A stretch of DNA of 64,000 nucleotides from a virus: IMG/VR virus record IMGVR_UViG_3300028840_004626, positions 30,549 through 94,548 of that record; one strand, given 5' to 3'. Within the stretch, counting starts at the first letter, position 1. Each line of letters opens with the position of its first letter. Under the pieces are notes generated by a model. It was not told where the DNA came from, made no database searches, and saw only the letters and a program-made list of their open reading frames with translations. This document shows, piece after piece, positions 1 through 11,500 of this stretch. The position numbers were made by a program, and so were the translations under genes.

Positions 1-2
1 GG

Positions 3-167
3 GATCTAGAGGAGCTGATTTGTGACACGGCTGTGCTCTGGAAGTCCAAAGATGTTGATTGGAAAACCGGAAAAGCTGGCACCCCACAGAGCCTTTCAGA
101 ACAGATTATGTCTAACTCGAACTTTATGTCGCCTCAAGCTGCCAGCATGTTGGTTGCAAAACTGTAA
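3..167 (+). CDS. 5'-truncated ORF, putative tail assembly chaperone-like protein
   Basis: Manual translation of frame 3: DLEELICDTAVLWKSKDVDWKTGKAGTPQSLSEQIMSNSNFMSPQAASMLVAKL* (TAA 165-167). Shares the E..I....VL....AG......I...S pattern with the next ORF and lies just upstream of the tape-measure-like gene. Confidence 0.55.
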   Translation, partial: DLEELICDTAVLWKSKDVDWKTGKAGTPQSLSEQIMSNSNFMSPQAASMLVAKL

Positions 168-170
168 TGA

Positions 171-1061
171 TTGATGTCATATCGTCAACTAGTCGATACG
201 CGCCGTCACTACGGCGGTGTTTATACTACATCTTTTGAGGATGGGTTAATAGTTCCTTGGAAACCCCTATCCCTAGGGGATTATATTCAATATGATGTAG
301 ATATTCAGCGCAAGTTTATCCCTCCATCTGTAATTGAGGATGAGATCTTTCGCAAATGTGTCCTCGACCCGAGGATCGTAGAAGACATTCATACCTATCG
401 AGCTGGACTAGTATCCACAGTCGTTCAGACTATCTGGCAGTTTTCTGGTCCTACTAGTGGGCCTAGTTTTCAAGAAGATATTGAACAAACGCGTCTCCTT
501 ATGGCTGGTGGCAATTCAGCTATCTTGCATCAGTGTAGCGAAATTATAGCTACAGCTTTTCCGTATAAGCCAGAAGAGATCTATGCCATGGACTATCGTA
601 CATTTTTGACCAGACTCGTACAGGCTGAATCCAAAATGTTAAAAGTTGGTCTACTTAAAGAGCCCGTATCTATCACACAGCTTGACCAGGAGCCCCAAAC
701 AAAACAGGCTCCGAAATTTGCCAATCTTAATAAGCCAGACATTGATGCCAAGAGACTATGGGAGCAGCAGCAGCCAAAGCCTGTAGTCCAGAAACCCAAG
801 AGTGAGCCTAAAGCTGCAGGCGGCAAATGGTGGAAGGTATCCCCTATCTTAGAAGCTAAAAAGAAACACAATGTGAATTTTGGGGCAGAAACCAAGATGA
901 CAGAACAATTCTTGTTAGATAGCCACGAAGCCCGTGAGCCTGAAGAAATGCGTCGTTACCTCATAGACTCCAAAATTGGCAAAGTTCGTGATAAGATGAT
1001 AAAACAGGCTCAGGATATGTATTCTGATGTCATCAAGCAGCTGGAATCTAAAAAGAAGTAG
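171..1061 (+). CDS. Putative tail assembly chaperone-like protein (start may be ATG 174)
   Basis: 296 aa; WKPLSLGDY...EDEIFRKCVLDP...AGLVSTVVQTIWQFSG core, low-complexity K/P/Q C-terminal half; immediately before the tape-measure-like gene. Confidence 0.45.
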   Translation: MMSYRQLVDTRRHYGGVYTTSFEDGLIVPWKPLSLGDYIQYDVDIQRKFIPPSVIEDEIFRKCVLDPRIVEDIHTYRAGLVSTVVQTIWQFSGPTSGPSFQEDIEQTRLLMAGGNSAILHQCSEIIATAFPYKPEEIYAMDYRTFLTRLVQAESKMLKVGLLKEPVSITQLDQEPQTKQAPKFANLNKPDIDAKRLWEQQQPKPVVQKPKSEPKAAGGKWWKVSPILEAKKKHNVNFGAETKMTEQFLLDSHEAREPEEMRRYLIDSKIGKVRDKMIKQAQDMYSDVIKQLESKKK

Positions 1062-1070
1062 GTGTCGTGA

Positions 1071-4000
1071 TTGCCTCCATTTCAGCCCTATACATATGGA
1101 CTCAGTTCCAACCAGCCGGTAGCGCTGGCTGAGGACAGTTTAACTAGGGCTGAGGCAAGTACGCGTACGTATTGGGATGCCGGCCCGCAGCCACTATCTA
1201 ACCCTCTAGAAGACCAACTATCTGGCTTAGCTTCTTTTGGTCTGGGCGTTGGGGCATTAGCTGCCGCTGGTCGTATGCAGTTCGGCCAGCAGCGTGGATG
1301 GGACTTTTATGCCCGTTTTATTCGGACAGTTGAAGAGTTTTCTCCTGGTCGCGTTTTACGAACCTTTCAGCTAAGCCACCTAATTTCTCCCCTTGAGACG
1401 GCCTCAAGGCAACAAAGGTATATTTCTGGCGCAGTTTTACAAGACCTGGCTCAGCGCAAGGGAGGGAAAGACTTCCTGCGTTATATTGCCAGGTTGACAG
1501 GCAGAGATCCGCAATTCCTTGATGATATTCTAAGCTACGGTATCCGATTTGAGGGCGGCAAGCTTTTTCTAGGCAAAACGAATAAGGTCATTCTGAAACA
1601 TGCTGCTGTTATCAGATCTCCTGCATTTGCAGCTCCTGCGTTCCAGATGGGTTATGTGAGATCTGCATTAGGTGGCCCTGCCGCTGACGATATTTTCAAG
1701 AGCATGATTAAGTTTCGGGGGGTCACGGGCCGACCCGAGCACGAGTCATTTCTCTTTATTGGAGGCAAAACAAGAGCACAGGCATGGCGTCGTTATCTTT
1801 TTGGATATGGCACAACTCTAGTTGAGAGAATGAACCAGTTGGCACGAGCACCCTTCGAGCTCGAGCCCTTTGCTACCATCATGCACAAGGTGCCTATTTT
1901 GCGTAGTTTGCGCCTGGGTGTGGTTCCGTCGAGTGGCCTCAAGACACTTGGTAAACTAACTGGAAAACTGGGCATCCTTGGTTTTGCCGCAATGCTGGCC
2001 TATAAGGAACTCGATTATCAGGCTAGAAAGTCTGAATTTCTTGACAAGACTCTTCTTGGGGAAGGTATCACAGCTGGCATTGGTAAGCTAGTAACGCAAT
2101 CTAATCTTGCTGCTTCGCGCATCGCAGAATACACGGGACTACAAGATTATCGGGAATGGCAAGAAAAGATTGCTCCTGGCAGTACCAGCCTAACTAAATT
2201 GGCCGCTTTTCCGATTATGGGTGCATTGGGTGCCTCCTGGATGGGGTATGGAAGGCGCATACATGAACAATTGAAGTTTCAGCGCATGGGCCTGTCCATG
2301 AATGAAGCCGCTATGGCCACAGCAGCCCAAAGCGATGCCTTTATGGCTGCTATTTATGGAAGGAAAAAGAAGCGTCCATCATATCTACCCTCTCAGGCAC
2401 AGCAGATCATACATCAACAAACAGAGAAGCGAGTAGCTGGCTGGGAAGGCAAGATGGCCAAGTTGGTTGCAAGTATGCAGGATGGGCGACGAAAGGGCCT
2501 GACCGGTACTTTAGCCCGTATGATGGGACAAATGACCCCTAGCAAAGTTCATGCGATCTTGGGCATAGGTGTGGGTTTTGGACTTATACTTCCATTTTTG
2601 CCTGGAGCATTGTTGCCATCAGAAAGACCAGAAGAACTAGAGGCCCTTTACGCTGGCCGCAAGAGGGTTCCGGTTCGCAAGGGTCGATGGTGGGAATTTG
2701 GACGTTCCCCGTATGAAGGTAAACGGGTCCAATACTATAGGCAGCACTGGTATCCGCGCATGCTTACCCGGGCTAGAGAAAAAGCTATTTATGGCGAAGA
2801 TATGTCGCCGTTTGAGAGATTTTTTCACGAGAATTTCACCTATGAGCTTGAAAAGAAACATTATTATGAAAGGCCCTATCCGGTAACGGGAACAGCATTT
2901 GAGGATATTCCATTCATAGGGCCGGTATTGGCAGCCACCATTGGGCGTTTCTTTAAGCCCCCTAAGTTAATGCATACAGAGGACTGGATGCGCGTAGGGG
3001 CAGAAGGTGAAGAATTAACCGTTAGAATGCCTGAAAAATATGGTTATGAGCCTGTTGCTGAAGAGGTCGGCGGAGAGCTACCCCAGGGATCTCCTATCTC
3101 TCCCTACGGGGCCAAGGGGGTTGTCGGCGAGCAGATTTACCGTATGACAGAAATGATTGGTTTGCCTGGTTTTACCATGACAGCCATAAAAGAGGCCATC
3201 ACAGGAGAATCTGATACTTTTGCCCAGGAGATGCAATTAGAGTCTGCTCGTAGACTGTACGGCGCAGAGAGGGCTTATTGGGATCTTGAATTAGGTGGCG
3301 GGATAGGCACCACAGAGCTTGTGCGACGCCTGTATCCACATAGGCGACGTCAGATACCCATGTATAATCCGATCCGGAACCGTATGCCAGAATGGCTCCC
3401 AGGGGCCGGAGAACGCGCTCCAGACTTCTTAAAGGGTGATCCGTATGCGAAGGTCCAAGAAGGGGAATTAAGGCTTCCTGGGCCGGGCTACGCAGCCCTA
3501 TACCCAGAGTTGGAAGGGGTTGCATATGAGGATTATCCTCTGATCCATAGATTTGCTATTTTGGCAGACGTGGCCCCATATACAGAACGATTCAAACAGA
3601 TTGAGCGTCAAGTAAGGGCAAGCATCAAAAGGAATGAGCTTTCTGAGCAAGAAATTGCTATATATCGCGAGCGGATGGAAGAAGTTAAGGCTCGCAAAGT
3701 AAGAAAACAATTTTCCCCCTACAAGTACAGGGAGAGAAAACTGAGTGTTCCCGAGATGATACTGGCTGAAGCCAATGAATTAGAGAAGGAGAAGGCTGAG
3801 GAGGTTTCACTAATGGAAGAGGTCTTTGGTAGTTATTGGGAGACCTTGGCTCATGAATCTGAAACCCCACTTGAATACCTGACTCCAATTAGTCCAGGAG
3901 CAAAGCTAATTCATATGAGGACTGCGGTCGAAGATTATGAAAGAACAGTAGCATACGGAACAGAAAATGCATTCTGGGGACATCCCATCAGAGACTTCTT

Positions 4001-4949
4001 TAAGCCGTTTGCTGACACCATGAAGCATGCTCTTGGCTGGGAGGGCGAGCCCAGTCAAGTATCGCAAATGCGTGAATTAGAAGAGTATTTTGACATTTTA
4101 GAATATGTGAAGTACACCGCCCTCAAGCGACAGGCTGCGCGCCAACAGGATGAGGAAACTGTTGCCGACATGGAGCAAAAACGTCGCGAAACTCTATTTG
4201 GGATTAATCCATATACGTATAAGTTTTCCCAAATTTTTCGAGCACTTCCAAGACGCGAGCGAGACTATTTCAATGCTTTTGTAGAAGCAGATATGGAGGA
4301 GCGTGCCCAGATTATTGGCATGGTCCCGGAAAATGAACAGGCACTTTATATAGCGCGGTGGCAATTGCGTGATGCAGATAACCTACGCAAGGCTATTAAA
4401 AAGGGCCTTTTGACTGAAGATCAGGTTGAACAGGCCAGGCAGACACTCAACGAATTATATCGCAGTCGCGATGTTGAGGGAATGCCAACCAGCAAAGAAC
4501 TATGGGTGGAGTATCTGGCGACGCGCTTAGACGGAGAGAGTTATGCTGACTGGTATAGGCGCCGATATTTGTTGGCTGAAAAGTTGGATGGACGCATGCT
4601 TCCAGGGCCCGATTGGAAAGGATGGCATCCATCAGTTGACCTTGAGGATATCAAGTTAAAGATTGTTCAAGATGAAGGACGCAATATGTTTGAATACGAT
4701 TTATGGCCAGATCGTGCCAGGATGGTTGCAAGGCGCCCAGCAGTAGAAGAGGCCGCAGAAGAATTACGTGGTACACTGAGTGAATCTGATGTGCGCTCTC
4801 GTATGCAGAATATCTTAGAAGCACACGGACTTGGCACGTCGCATGTGTCAGTATTACCGACACTTGGAGAATCTGTGGTAGATTTAGATATTACAGAGAA
4901 CAGAGATGCGGAGCTTATTAGTATTGCAAGAAAGCAATTACTAAATTAG
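1071..4949 (+). CDS. Large tape-measure-like / ejection protein
   Basis: 1292 aa; Gly/Ala-rich hydrophobic helices (GLASFGLGVGALAAAG, LGILGFAAMLAY, ILGIGVGFGLILPFLPGALL), helical charged C-half; located between chaperone-like genes and hub. Confidence 0.5.
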   Translation: MPPFQPYTYGLSSNQPVALAEDSLTRAEASTRTYWDAGPQPLSNPLEDQLSGLASFGLGVGALAAAGRMQFGQQRGWDFYARFIRTVEEFSPGRVLRTFQLSHLISPLETASRQQRYISGAVLQDLAQRKGGKDFLRYIARLTGRDPQFLDDILSYGIRFEGGKLFLGKTNKVILKHAAVIRSPAFAAPAFQMGYVRSALGGPAADDIFKSMIKFRGVTGRPEHESFLFIGGKTRAQAWRRYLFGYGTTLVERMNQLARAPFELEPFATIMHKVPILRSLRLGVVPSSGLKTLGKLTGKLGILGFAAMLAYKELDYQARKSEFLDKTLLGEGITAGIGKLVTQSNLAASRIAEYTGLQDYREWQEKIAPGSTSLTKLAAFPIMGALGASWMGYGRRIHEQLKFQRMGLSMNEAAMATAAQSDAFMAAIYGRKKKRPSYLPSQAQQIIHQQTEKRVAGWEGKMAKLVASMQDGRRKGLTGTLARMMGQMTPSKVHAILGIGVGFGLILPFLPGALLPSERPEELEALYAGRKRVPVRKGRWWEFGRSPYEGKRVQYYRQHWYPRMLTRAREKAIYGEDMSPFERFFHENFTYELEKKHYYERPYPVTGTAFEDIPFIGPVLAATIGRFFKPPKLMHTEDWMRVGAEGEELTVRMPEKYGYEPVAEEVGGELPQGSPISPYGAKGVVGEQIYRMTEMIGLPGFTMTAIKEAITGESDTFAQEMQLESARRLYGAERAYWDLELGGGIGTTELVRRLYPHRRRQIPMYNPIRNRMPEWLPGAGERAPDFLKGDPYAKVQEGELRLPGPGYAALYPELEGVAYEDYPLIHRFAILADVAPYTERFKQIERQVRASIKRNELSEQEIAIYRERMEEVKARKVRKQFSPYKYRERKLSVPEMILAEANELEKEKAEEVSLMEEVFGSYWETLAHESETPLEYLTPISPGAKLIHMRTAVEDYERTVAYGTENAFWGHPIRDFFKPFADTMKHALGWEGEPSQVSQMRELEEYFDILEYVKYTALKRQAARQQDEETVADMEQKRRETLFGINPYTYKFSQIFRALPRRERDYFNAFVEADMEERAQIIGMVPENEQALYIARWQLRDADNLRKAIKKGLLTEDQVEQARQTLNELYRSRDVEGMPTSKELWVEYLATRLDGESYADWYRRRYLLAEKLDGRMLPGPDWKGWHPSVDLEDIKLKIVQDEGRNMFEYDLWPDRARMVARRPAVEEAAEELRGTLSESDVRSRMQNILEAHGLGTSHVSVLPTLGESVVDLDITENRDAELISIARKQLLN

Positions 4950-4959
4950 GGGGATCATT

Positions 4960-5541
4960 ATGAATGTTATGGACCATGTATTTGGAAAACATGCTTCAGA
5001 TATCTCCAGATACTTTTCAGAGTCGCGTAATTGGTTCTCTGAGGTTACAGACAAGACTTTAACTGCAGCGAATAAGGCAGTCCAGATGGGCAAGTCTCCC
5101 ATTTTGGGAGTAAAACCAGTAGCATTAGGCGGCGCAGCAGCTGTAGCGCTAGCTGTCGCTTTGAGCGATCCTCCAGTAACGGCTGGTTCTGCTCCACGCG
5201 TGCAACCAGACCTTAAGAGTGGCACTGGTGGTTCTAGCCTAAAGCTGAATATGGGTGTTCATCCAGGTTCAGCCAACTCGCCCAGGGCACCAATTCCTCC
5301 AAATCCAGCTCGCATGGGCAATACGGCTCGTATAGCTGGTCCGGATACTGCTGGTCGAATGCGCGATGAACGGTACCGGGTTAATGTGCGTGGAACTTCA
5401 GAGGGCAGCGTAAACTATAATGTCTTGGCAAACGATATTAACAACTCTTTGGGCGGCAATGTCACCGTTAATACTAGGATTTCTGATTCAAGAAGGTCTT
5501 TGACCGCACAGAACATCAGTGATATTCTAGCAAGAGGATAA
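4960..5541 (+). CDS. Hypothetical tail-associated protein with one hydrophobic helix
   Basis: 193 aa; VALGGAAAVALAVAL helix, Pro/Gly linker, C-terminal beta-rich tail; GGGG RBS. Confidence 0.6.
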   Translation: MNVMDHVFGKHASDISRYFSESRNWFSEVTDKTLTAANKAVQMGKSPILGVKPVALGGAAAVALAVALSDPPVTAGSAPRVQPDLKSGTGGSSLKLNMGVHPGSANSPRAPIPPNPARMGNTARIAGPDTAGRMRDERYRVNVRGTSEGSVNYNVLANDINNSLGGNVTVNTRISDSRRSLTAQNISDILARG

Positions 5542-5554
5542 TCGAGGGGTCTAG

Positions 5555-8500
5555 TTGGCTAATCCTAAAGAAGTATCACAAGTTACTGACTTAATGGTTC
5601 CGGCATCACGACCTGGTGTGGTTGCGGGAGAACAAGATACCTGCATCATTAACGACGTTATGCTACAGATTCCCCCTCAGAGAATCAGGGTTAGCAAACA
5701 ATCGTTGAACTATGAATGGCATACCCTTCGGACCACATTTGCCCAGAAAGCCAAATCGGGTCACGGCAAGGTATTGATTACGCTAGATCTAATTTTTGAG
5801 GGCAATGCTGCAATTAACGGGCAAATGCGTCCGTTAATCGCCGGCCTGAGGGCCACGCCCTTTTGTGTCTGTTATAACAAATATCTACAAGATTCTCTTA
5901 TGGGTATGGAGAATGCGAAATACCTTTCAGAAAGCAAAACTCAATATAAGCACCTGAGACCGTTAGCATTGGCTGTCACCGGGATGCATGTCCAGACTAT
6001 TGAAGGGCATCCCGAAAGTGTCCGCGTAGTATTAGAGTTTATATGGTTTAATTACTCTCCTTATATGCCAGTGTGGGCGTATAAAGTAGGAGAGCTGCAT
6101 GATAGGCCAGGTACTGCGAATAAGTCTAGTCTCTGGAAGAAATTTTATGAGCCTTTTATGTACTCACGCCATAAAATTGACTGGCCTCATCAGCCCGGAT
6201 CTCGGAATAGCAAGACATCTATTTTCTTTCGCGAATTCGCTACATTTCCACGAGTTAATGCATCAGGCTATCGTGCCGTAAGACAGCTTCTTGAATTACT
6301 CAAGAACAATCCGACTGTAGTTATTCAAACACTTAACAAGGTATTGGCTGATGAAGAGATTGAGTGGACTGATCAGAATATTTTTGATGTTGTATATCGA
6401 GAACTAGCTAACAACAAAAATGTCAACGAGGAAATTCGCAAACGAATGAAACAAAGTTCGCTGCGCAACGGGATGATCACTCGTGCTGCAGAGGGCAAGG
6501 CCAAAGATGCCCTGAGCGCTATCGCAAGAGACACATACAACGATTCTGTTACCGGACAACACTCTTGGTCTCAGATGAGAGAAAAAGAAGTTGAGGATGC
6601 TATTCGCGAGCTCACAAAGAGACAGGAGGATGCTGCTCAGCAGGAAAAGATGTTGCAGTATCTTGGAGTTAGCAGCGAGAACTCGAGCGAATATAAAAAA
6701 CTAGATACCTTTAGTTTATCTGGAGAGGTGCCCCATCGTGGAAGCCAGCTATTCATTGGAGGGTTTGATGTATATGGGCGCAAGAACAAGCTAGACATTG
6801 TCCCTGAAACCGGCTTTATTATTGAATCTATTGCTGTGACATTTTCTAATGCTTTGGCTGTAATTCCGATGATGGCCTATAGATATCCTACAGCCCAACA
6901 TATTGGCAGTAATGACGTAGAAGTATCGATGGTACTTAATTGCACTAATGATGCTGCGCGTAGGCTGCAGGCATTATATGATGTCATAGAGGCTACGTCA
7001 CTCAAGTATAAGATGATCCCGCAGGGATTTTTAAATCCGTGGATTTATAACGACCTTATTAATTTCTTTGGCCTAAAAGAGTTCTTGACCAAAAATTTAG
7101 TTATCGAAACTTACCCAGGTCAGCCCGGGCGCAGTCGTGCTATCTTAACCCTTTCTCATGCCGGAGTACTCAGTTCCTCTGGCCTTAGGGACCCAGAAGC
7201 TTTAGTGCAGGAATACATTTCTACCTCTAGTACAGTTCAGGGGCGCATGAATAAAGTATTCAGTTCCCTGATTCGAGAAAAGGGCCAGACCGATAGTTTG
7301 CTGACACCTGCTTCTTTAAAATACTACTTTATTGAACCCAAGATCAATAAGTTCAATCCTCGTTATGCTGCAATAGGCAATTTATTGCAAGACTATTGTG
7401 ATGAGTATAACGGGTTTCTAAAGAGGGTTCACGGCGTGATGTGGGAAATGCCAGAAGAGGGCACTGGTGCTGGATCTTATGCTCCAGTGGAAGCTGAAGC
7501 TGAGGGCCTGGATCAAGCTAATTATAATGCACTCATGGATCTGGTTGAGTTTTCTTCAGAGCATGGTTTTATTGCCAATATCAATAGAATTCAAAATTCA
7601 GTTACTGATCGAGATTCAGCTATGAACGCTGAGGCTCAGTCTAGGGCTCGTACACGAAGGGCTCAAAGCGTAGACCAGATTACGAAACAGAGACGTCGAT
7701 ATCGGTCACTTAAAAGAGTATTCGGTATTGATGACAAGGGTCGGAAGGATTGGATTGAGCTTAATAAGCAGGCATATAATGTTGCTGATCCGAATTTTGA
7801 TTTTCTCAAGAAGGTCTATCTCAACAAGTATCAGGAAGGCATCCAGCGTGCATTTGATACCATTATGAAGCAATATCCGGATCATCCAGATTTTGCTTCT
7901 GTGTTTCAGGTTATTGAAGATTCTCCTTTACGCAAGGGAACGATGACATATATGGATTTTCGTCCACAGATCAAATCTGTATATGGATATGTTAATCCAT
8001 CAGAAGGGATTACCCCCTCAAAAAATAGGCGTGGCGGCACTGTCAAAGAAGAGGAACTGATCCAGTTTAATCCAGATCTATATTTGTACTACCCCGTATT
8101 TGATGGGGGGATTGTTAATCTATCTGAAGGCAAGATTATTGATTCTGATGTCATCAACAAAGCTAGAAAACTTAGTTTAAAGACATTTGACGAGGCGCAG
8201 CAATCTACCAATGATTGGTTTAAGGGTAACTACTTATCTAGCTTACGTAATGCATCGATTTCTCAGCCATACGATAATCTCGAAAAGCGACTAAAGAATG
8301 GAGAGTTGCAGGCTCCTTTTTATGAGGGGGAGTCTTGGAAGAACTCAACAAGAACCACAGATATCCAGAAGACTGTTGTTGTAGATGATCTTAAGCAGGG
8401 GCATATCAACTATCCTCGACCCGGTATCATGCGTGGTCAAAACGAGATCAGCGTAGCCAATACGATGTCAGCATTGTGGCAAGGCGCGGATGCTGGAGCT

Positions 8501-11500
8501 AAACCCTATAAGCCAAGCGATAGACAACGTTCATCGCCACCAGTCTCCGGAACAACTAAAGAGAGAGCGAAACGCATCTTTCCTTATGTAAAGCAAGCAG
8601 CACAGAAATGGGATTTAGATCCTGGGCTTATTTATGCTGTTATCGAAAAAGAAAGTGGCGTTGGTCGCAATATGGGACCTAACCAGGTAACCGCTACTGG
8701 GTATATGCAGTTATTGCAATATGAGATCAATCCGCGAACCAGGAAACGAGATGTTCCAAGTGAAGCACAGCAATTTGCTACGCAAAGAGGACAGACCCTA
8801 TTGGATCCTGGAACCAATATAGATCGAGGCTGTTTTCTCTTGAATCGCTATTCTAAGAGGGCCTCCAAGAAGGGATTGCGCAGAGGTAGTAACGAGCATA
8901 CAGAGCTGTTATTGGCATATTATAATATGGGTCCCGGTATCGTTGACCAATGGCAAAGCGCAAAAAAGAAAACAGCTCGTGGACAATCTTTGTCTAGCAA
9001 AGAAGAGCGTCGCATTGGCGAACCCCCCGAGACTGGTGGACAATCAGGTGGTTTCGGATCTGTAGCATCCCCTACGGGGCTTATTCCGCTGCGCACATAC
9101 AAGCGCTACACAAACAAGATTATGTCTAATGTGCCTAAGTGGCGCAAGTTTGTAGCTGAGCAGAATGCGAAGTCTGGGACCCCGTCTGCGTCACAACAAG
9201 CACGCATAGATCGTGGTAGGGAACAGGCGCTTAATACAGATGTCACCTCTAGTACCCTGTCTCCTATTACTGAGGCCATTAAATCATTCGAAGAAGACCT
9301 CTATCATGGTCAGGCTCAGAGCCTGATACGTGCCTATCCAGCATTTAAGTTATATTTTATCGAAGATGATAGCCAGGAAAAGCGTTTAGCCTTCGATGAT
9401 TTTTTCAGCTATAACGCTGTGCAGTCTATTCGTGTAGTGAGAAGTCGCAATATCCCCGCCGACATGTGCGAGATCGTATTAACTAATATATCTGGCACCC
9501 TTACCAATCGTAAATTTCGCCAGGGCCGCGATGGTGGCTCCGCCCCAAGGGATTCTTCTGGTCGTATCGTACAAGAAAGTATTAACCCTAGTCTTTCTGG
9601 AACCTCCATGGAGAATCCGATTGCATCCCTATTGCTTCGCGAGGGAACACATATTTCTTTAAGGTTGGGTTATTCTAATGATCCAGATAGGCTTGAACTA
9701 GTCTTTACTGGCGTTATTACAGAAATCGAATTCTTGGGCTCAGAAGATTTGATTCGCATTTTAGCTCAAAGTTACGCCATTGAGCTCGTACAAGATATCA
9801 AGGGCTTTGAAAAGCCGAAAAAGGTAGGCTCTTGGGAAATACTCGGCTGGGGACCTGCTGGACTTCAGGATGCATCGACATCTAAAGTTCTAGAAGAGAT
9901 GATTACACAGCCAGAGGTTGTCCACTTTGGGCGATGGAAAGCATTGGCACAAAATGCGACGCCTCTACGCGAGTTGCTTACGAACAAATATCACTATGTG
10001 CCCACACCACAGGACGATAATATTTTCGCACCACCTCCAGAAATGGAGTCTGAGGTGCTTTTGAATGAGGGCTGGTTTATTGATTCAACTAGTTATGTAA
10101 TCTACCGAACAACCATTTGGGATATCTTTCAGGAAATGACGCTCCGTCATCCCAATTTTGTTGCTTTGCCTGTTCCTTACAAGGGTAGGGATACAGAGCG
10201 AATGACTATGTTTTATGGTTTACCTAATCAGTTGTATTTTGCACGTGATGCCGACTATAAAGAAGAGAGCGCATCTAATGTCCTTAGGGACCGCATCTCA
10301 TATCTTGAGCGTAAACAGAAAGAGGCAAAGGCTGTTTCTAGTGGACTCTATAGGATGGAGGGATCTAACTGGGGCCCTGGCAAGCGCAAGGCTACCGATG
10401 ATGAAGAGGCACGCGAATTAGCGGCGAAGTTTACAGCTGAATCTATCGGGCGTACCATAGATCGTATTAAAAATCAGAGATTGAGACTTGCCAAGAGGTC
10501 TGGGTATATTAAGCCATTTAGAAACTACCATTTATTAACCAGCGACTATCATATTATCTCTAACAATATTCAGGCTAATGCTCGTGATGTGGCCAATACG
10601 ATTGTTGTTCAATATGGTGCAGACGCCGATCCTTCTGAGATAACCAGCAGTATTGGTGGAGGGGAAGTTGCTGTGGCGGGTGCAGACGAAAACGTAACTG
10701 TTAAACTGGATTCTGCTCTGCCAACAGAGGAGATTCGGACGCAAATCGCCCACTTTCTTAACGTGACAACGGAGGATATGGCCAAGCGCTATGGGCTTGG
10801 AATGCTGCTCAGGAATGTGCGCGATATCTATAAGGGCGAAATTGCGCTAATTGGCAATCCCAAGATTAAGCCTTGTGATATCTGCTATCTTTTTGATCAA
10901 TACAACGACATGATTGGTCCAGTGGAAGTTGAGCAGGTTACACACGTGTTTGATTTTCAACACGGATTTCGCACAGAGGTCAAGCCAGATATGTTTGCCC
11001 AAGTAGGAGAATGGGCCCTATTAAGTACAGCTGATGCAATGGGTGTAGTTATGGAAGGGGCCCTCAAGCATGTCTTTGGAAGTAGTGTGCTAGGAAGTGG
11101 GGCTGGTCGCGCTGTTTTATCTGGGCTCAAATATGGCTCTCGGGCGGCAGCATTCTTTGGTCCAGCGGGCCTTATTGCTGCTGGTGCGGTACACTATATA
11201 GGCGGGTTTATGAGCCAGGCCATTGTAAACTTTACACAAATGGGTTATCCGCTGGTACTCAGTCCACTACAACATCGCGGACGCGTATTTGCGGGTGGCG
11301 TGCCTACTAGTAAGTTGCCAAAATCTATGTGGAATCGTATGTTTGGCGAATGGACGCCAATGGCAGAACAGGGTTTTGCGATGTGGGCAGAAGATAAAGT
11401 TGATGAAGTCATGGTTGGACTCAAAAAGCTGGGTGGTCTTTGGGGTGGTGGCTATTCTGAGGGCGATTTCTGGAATGATGGGAATACTTTAAAAGTTAAG

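Noticed and set aside
150-180. Programmed frameshift or readthrough between chaperone-like genes
   Set aside because: No canonical XXXYYYZ slippery heptamer seen, and a double stop (TAA TGA) makes readthrough unlikely.
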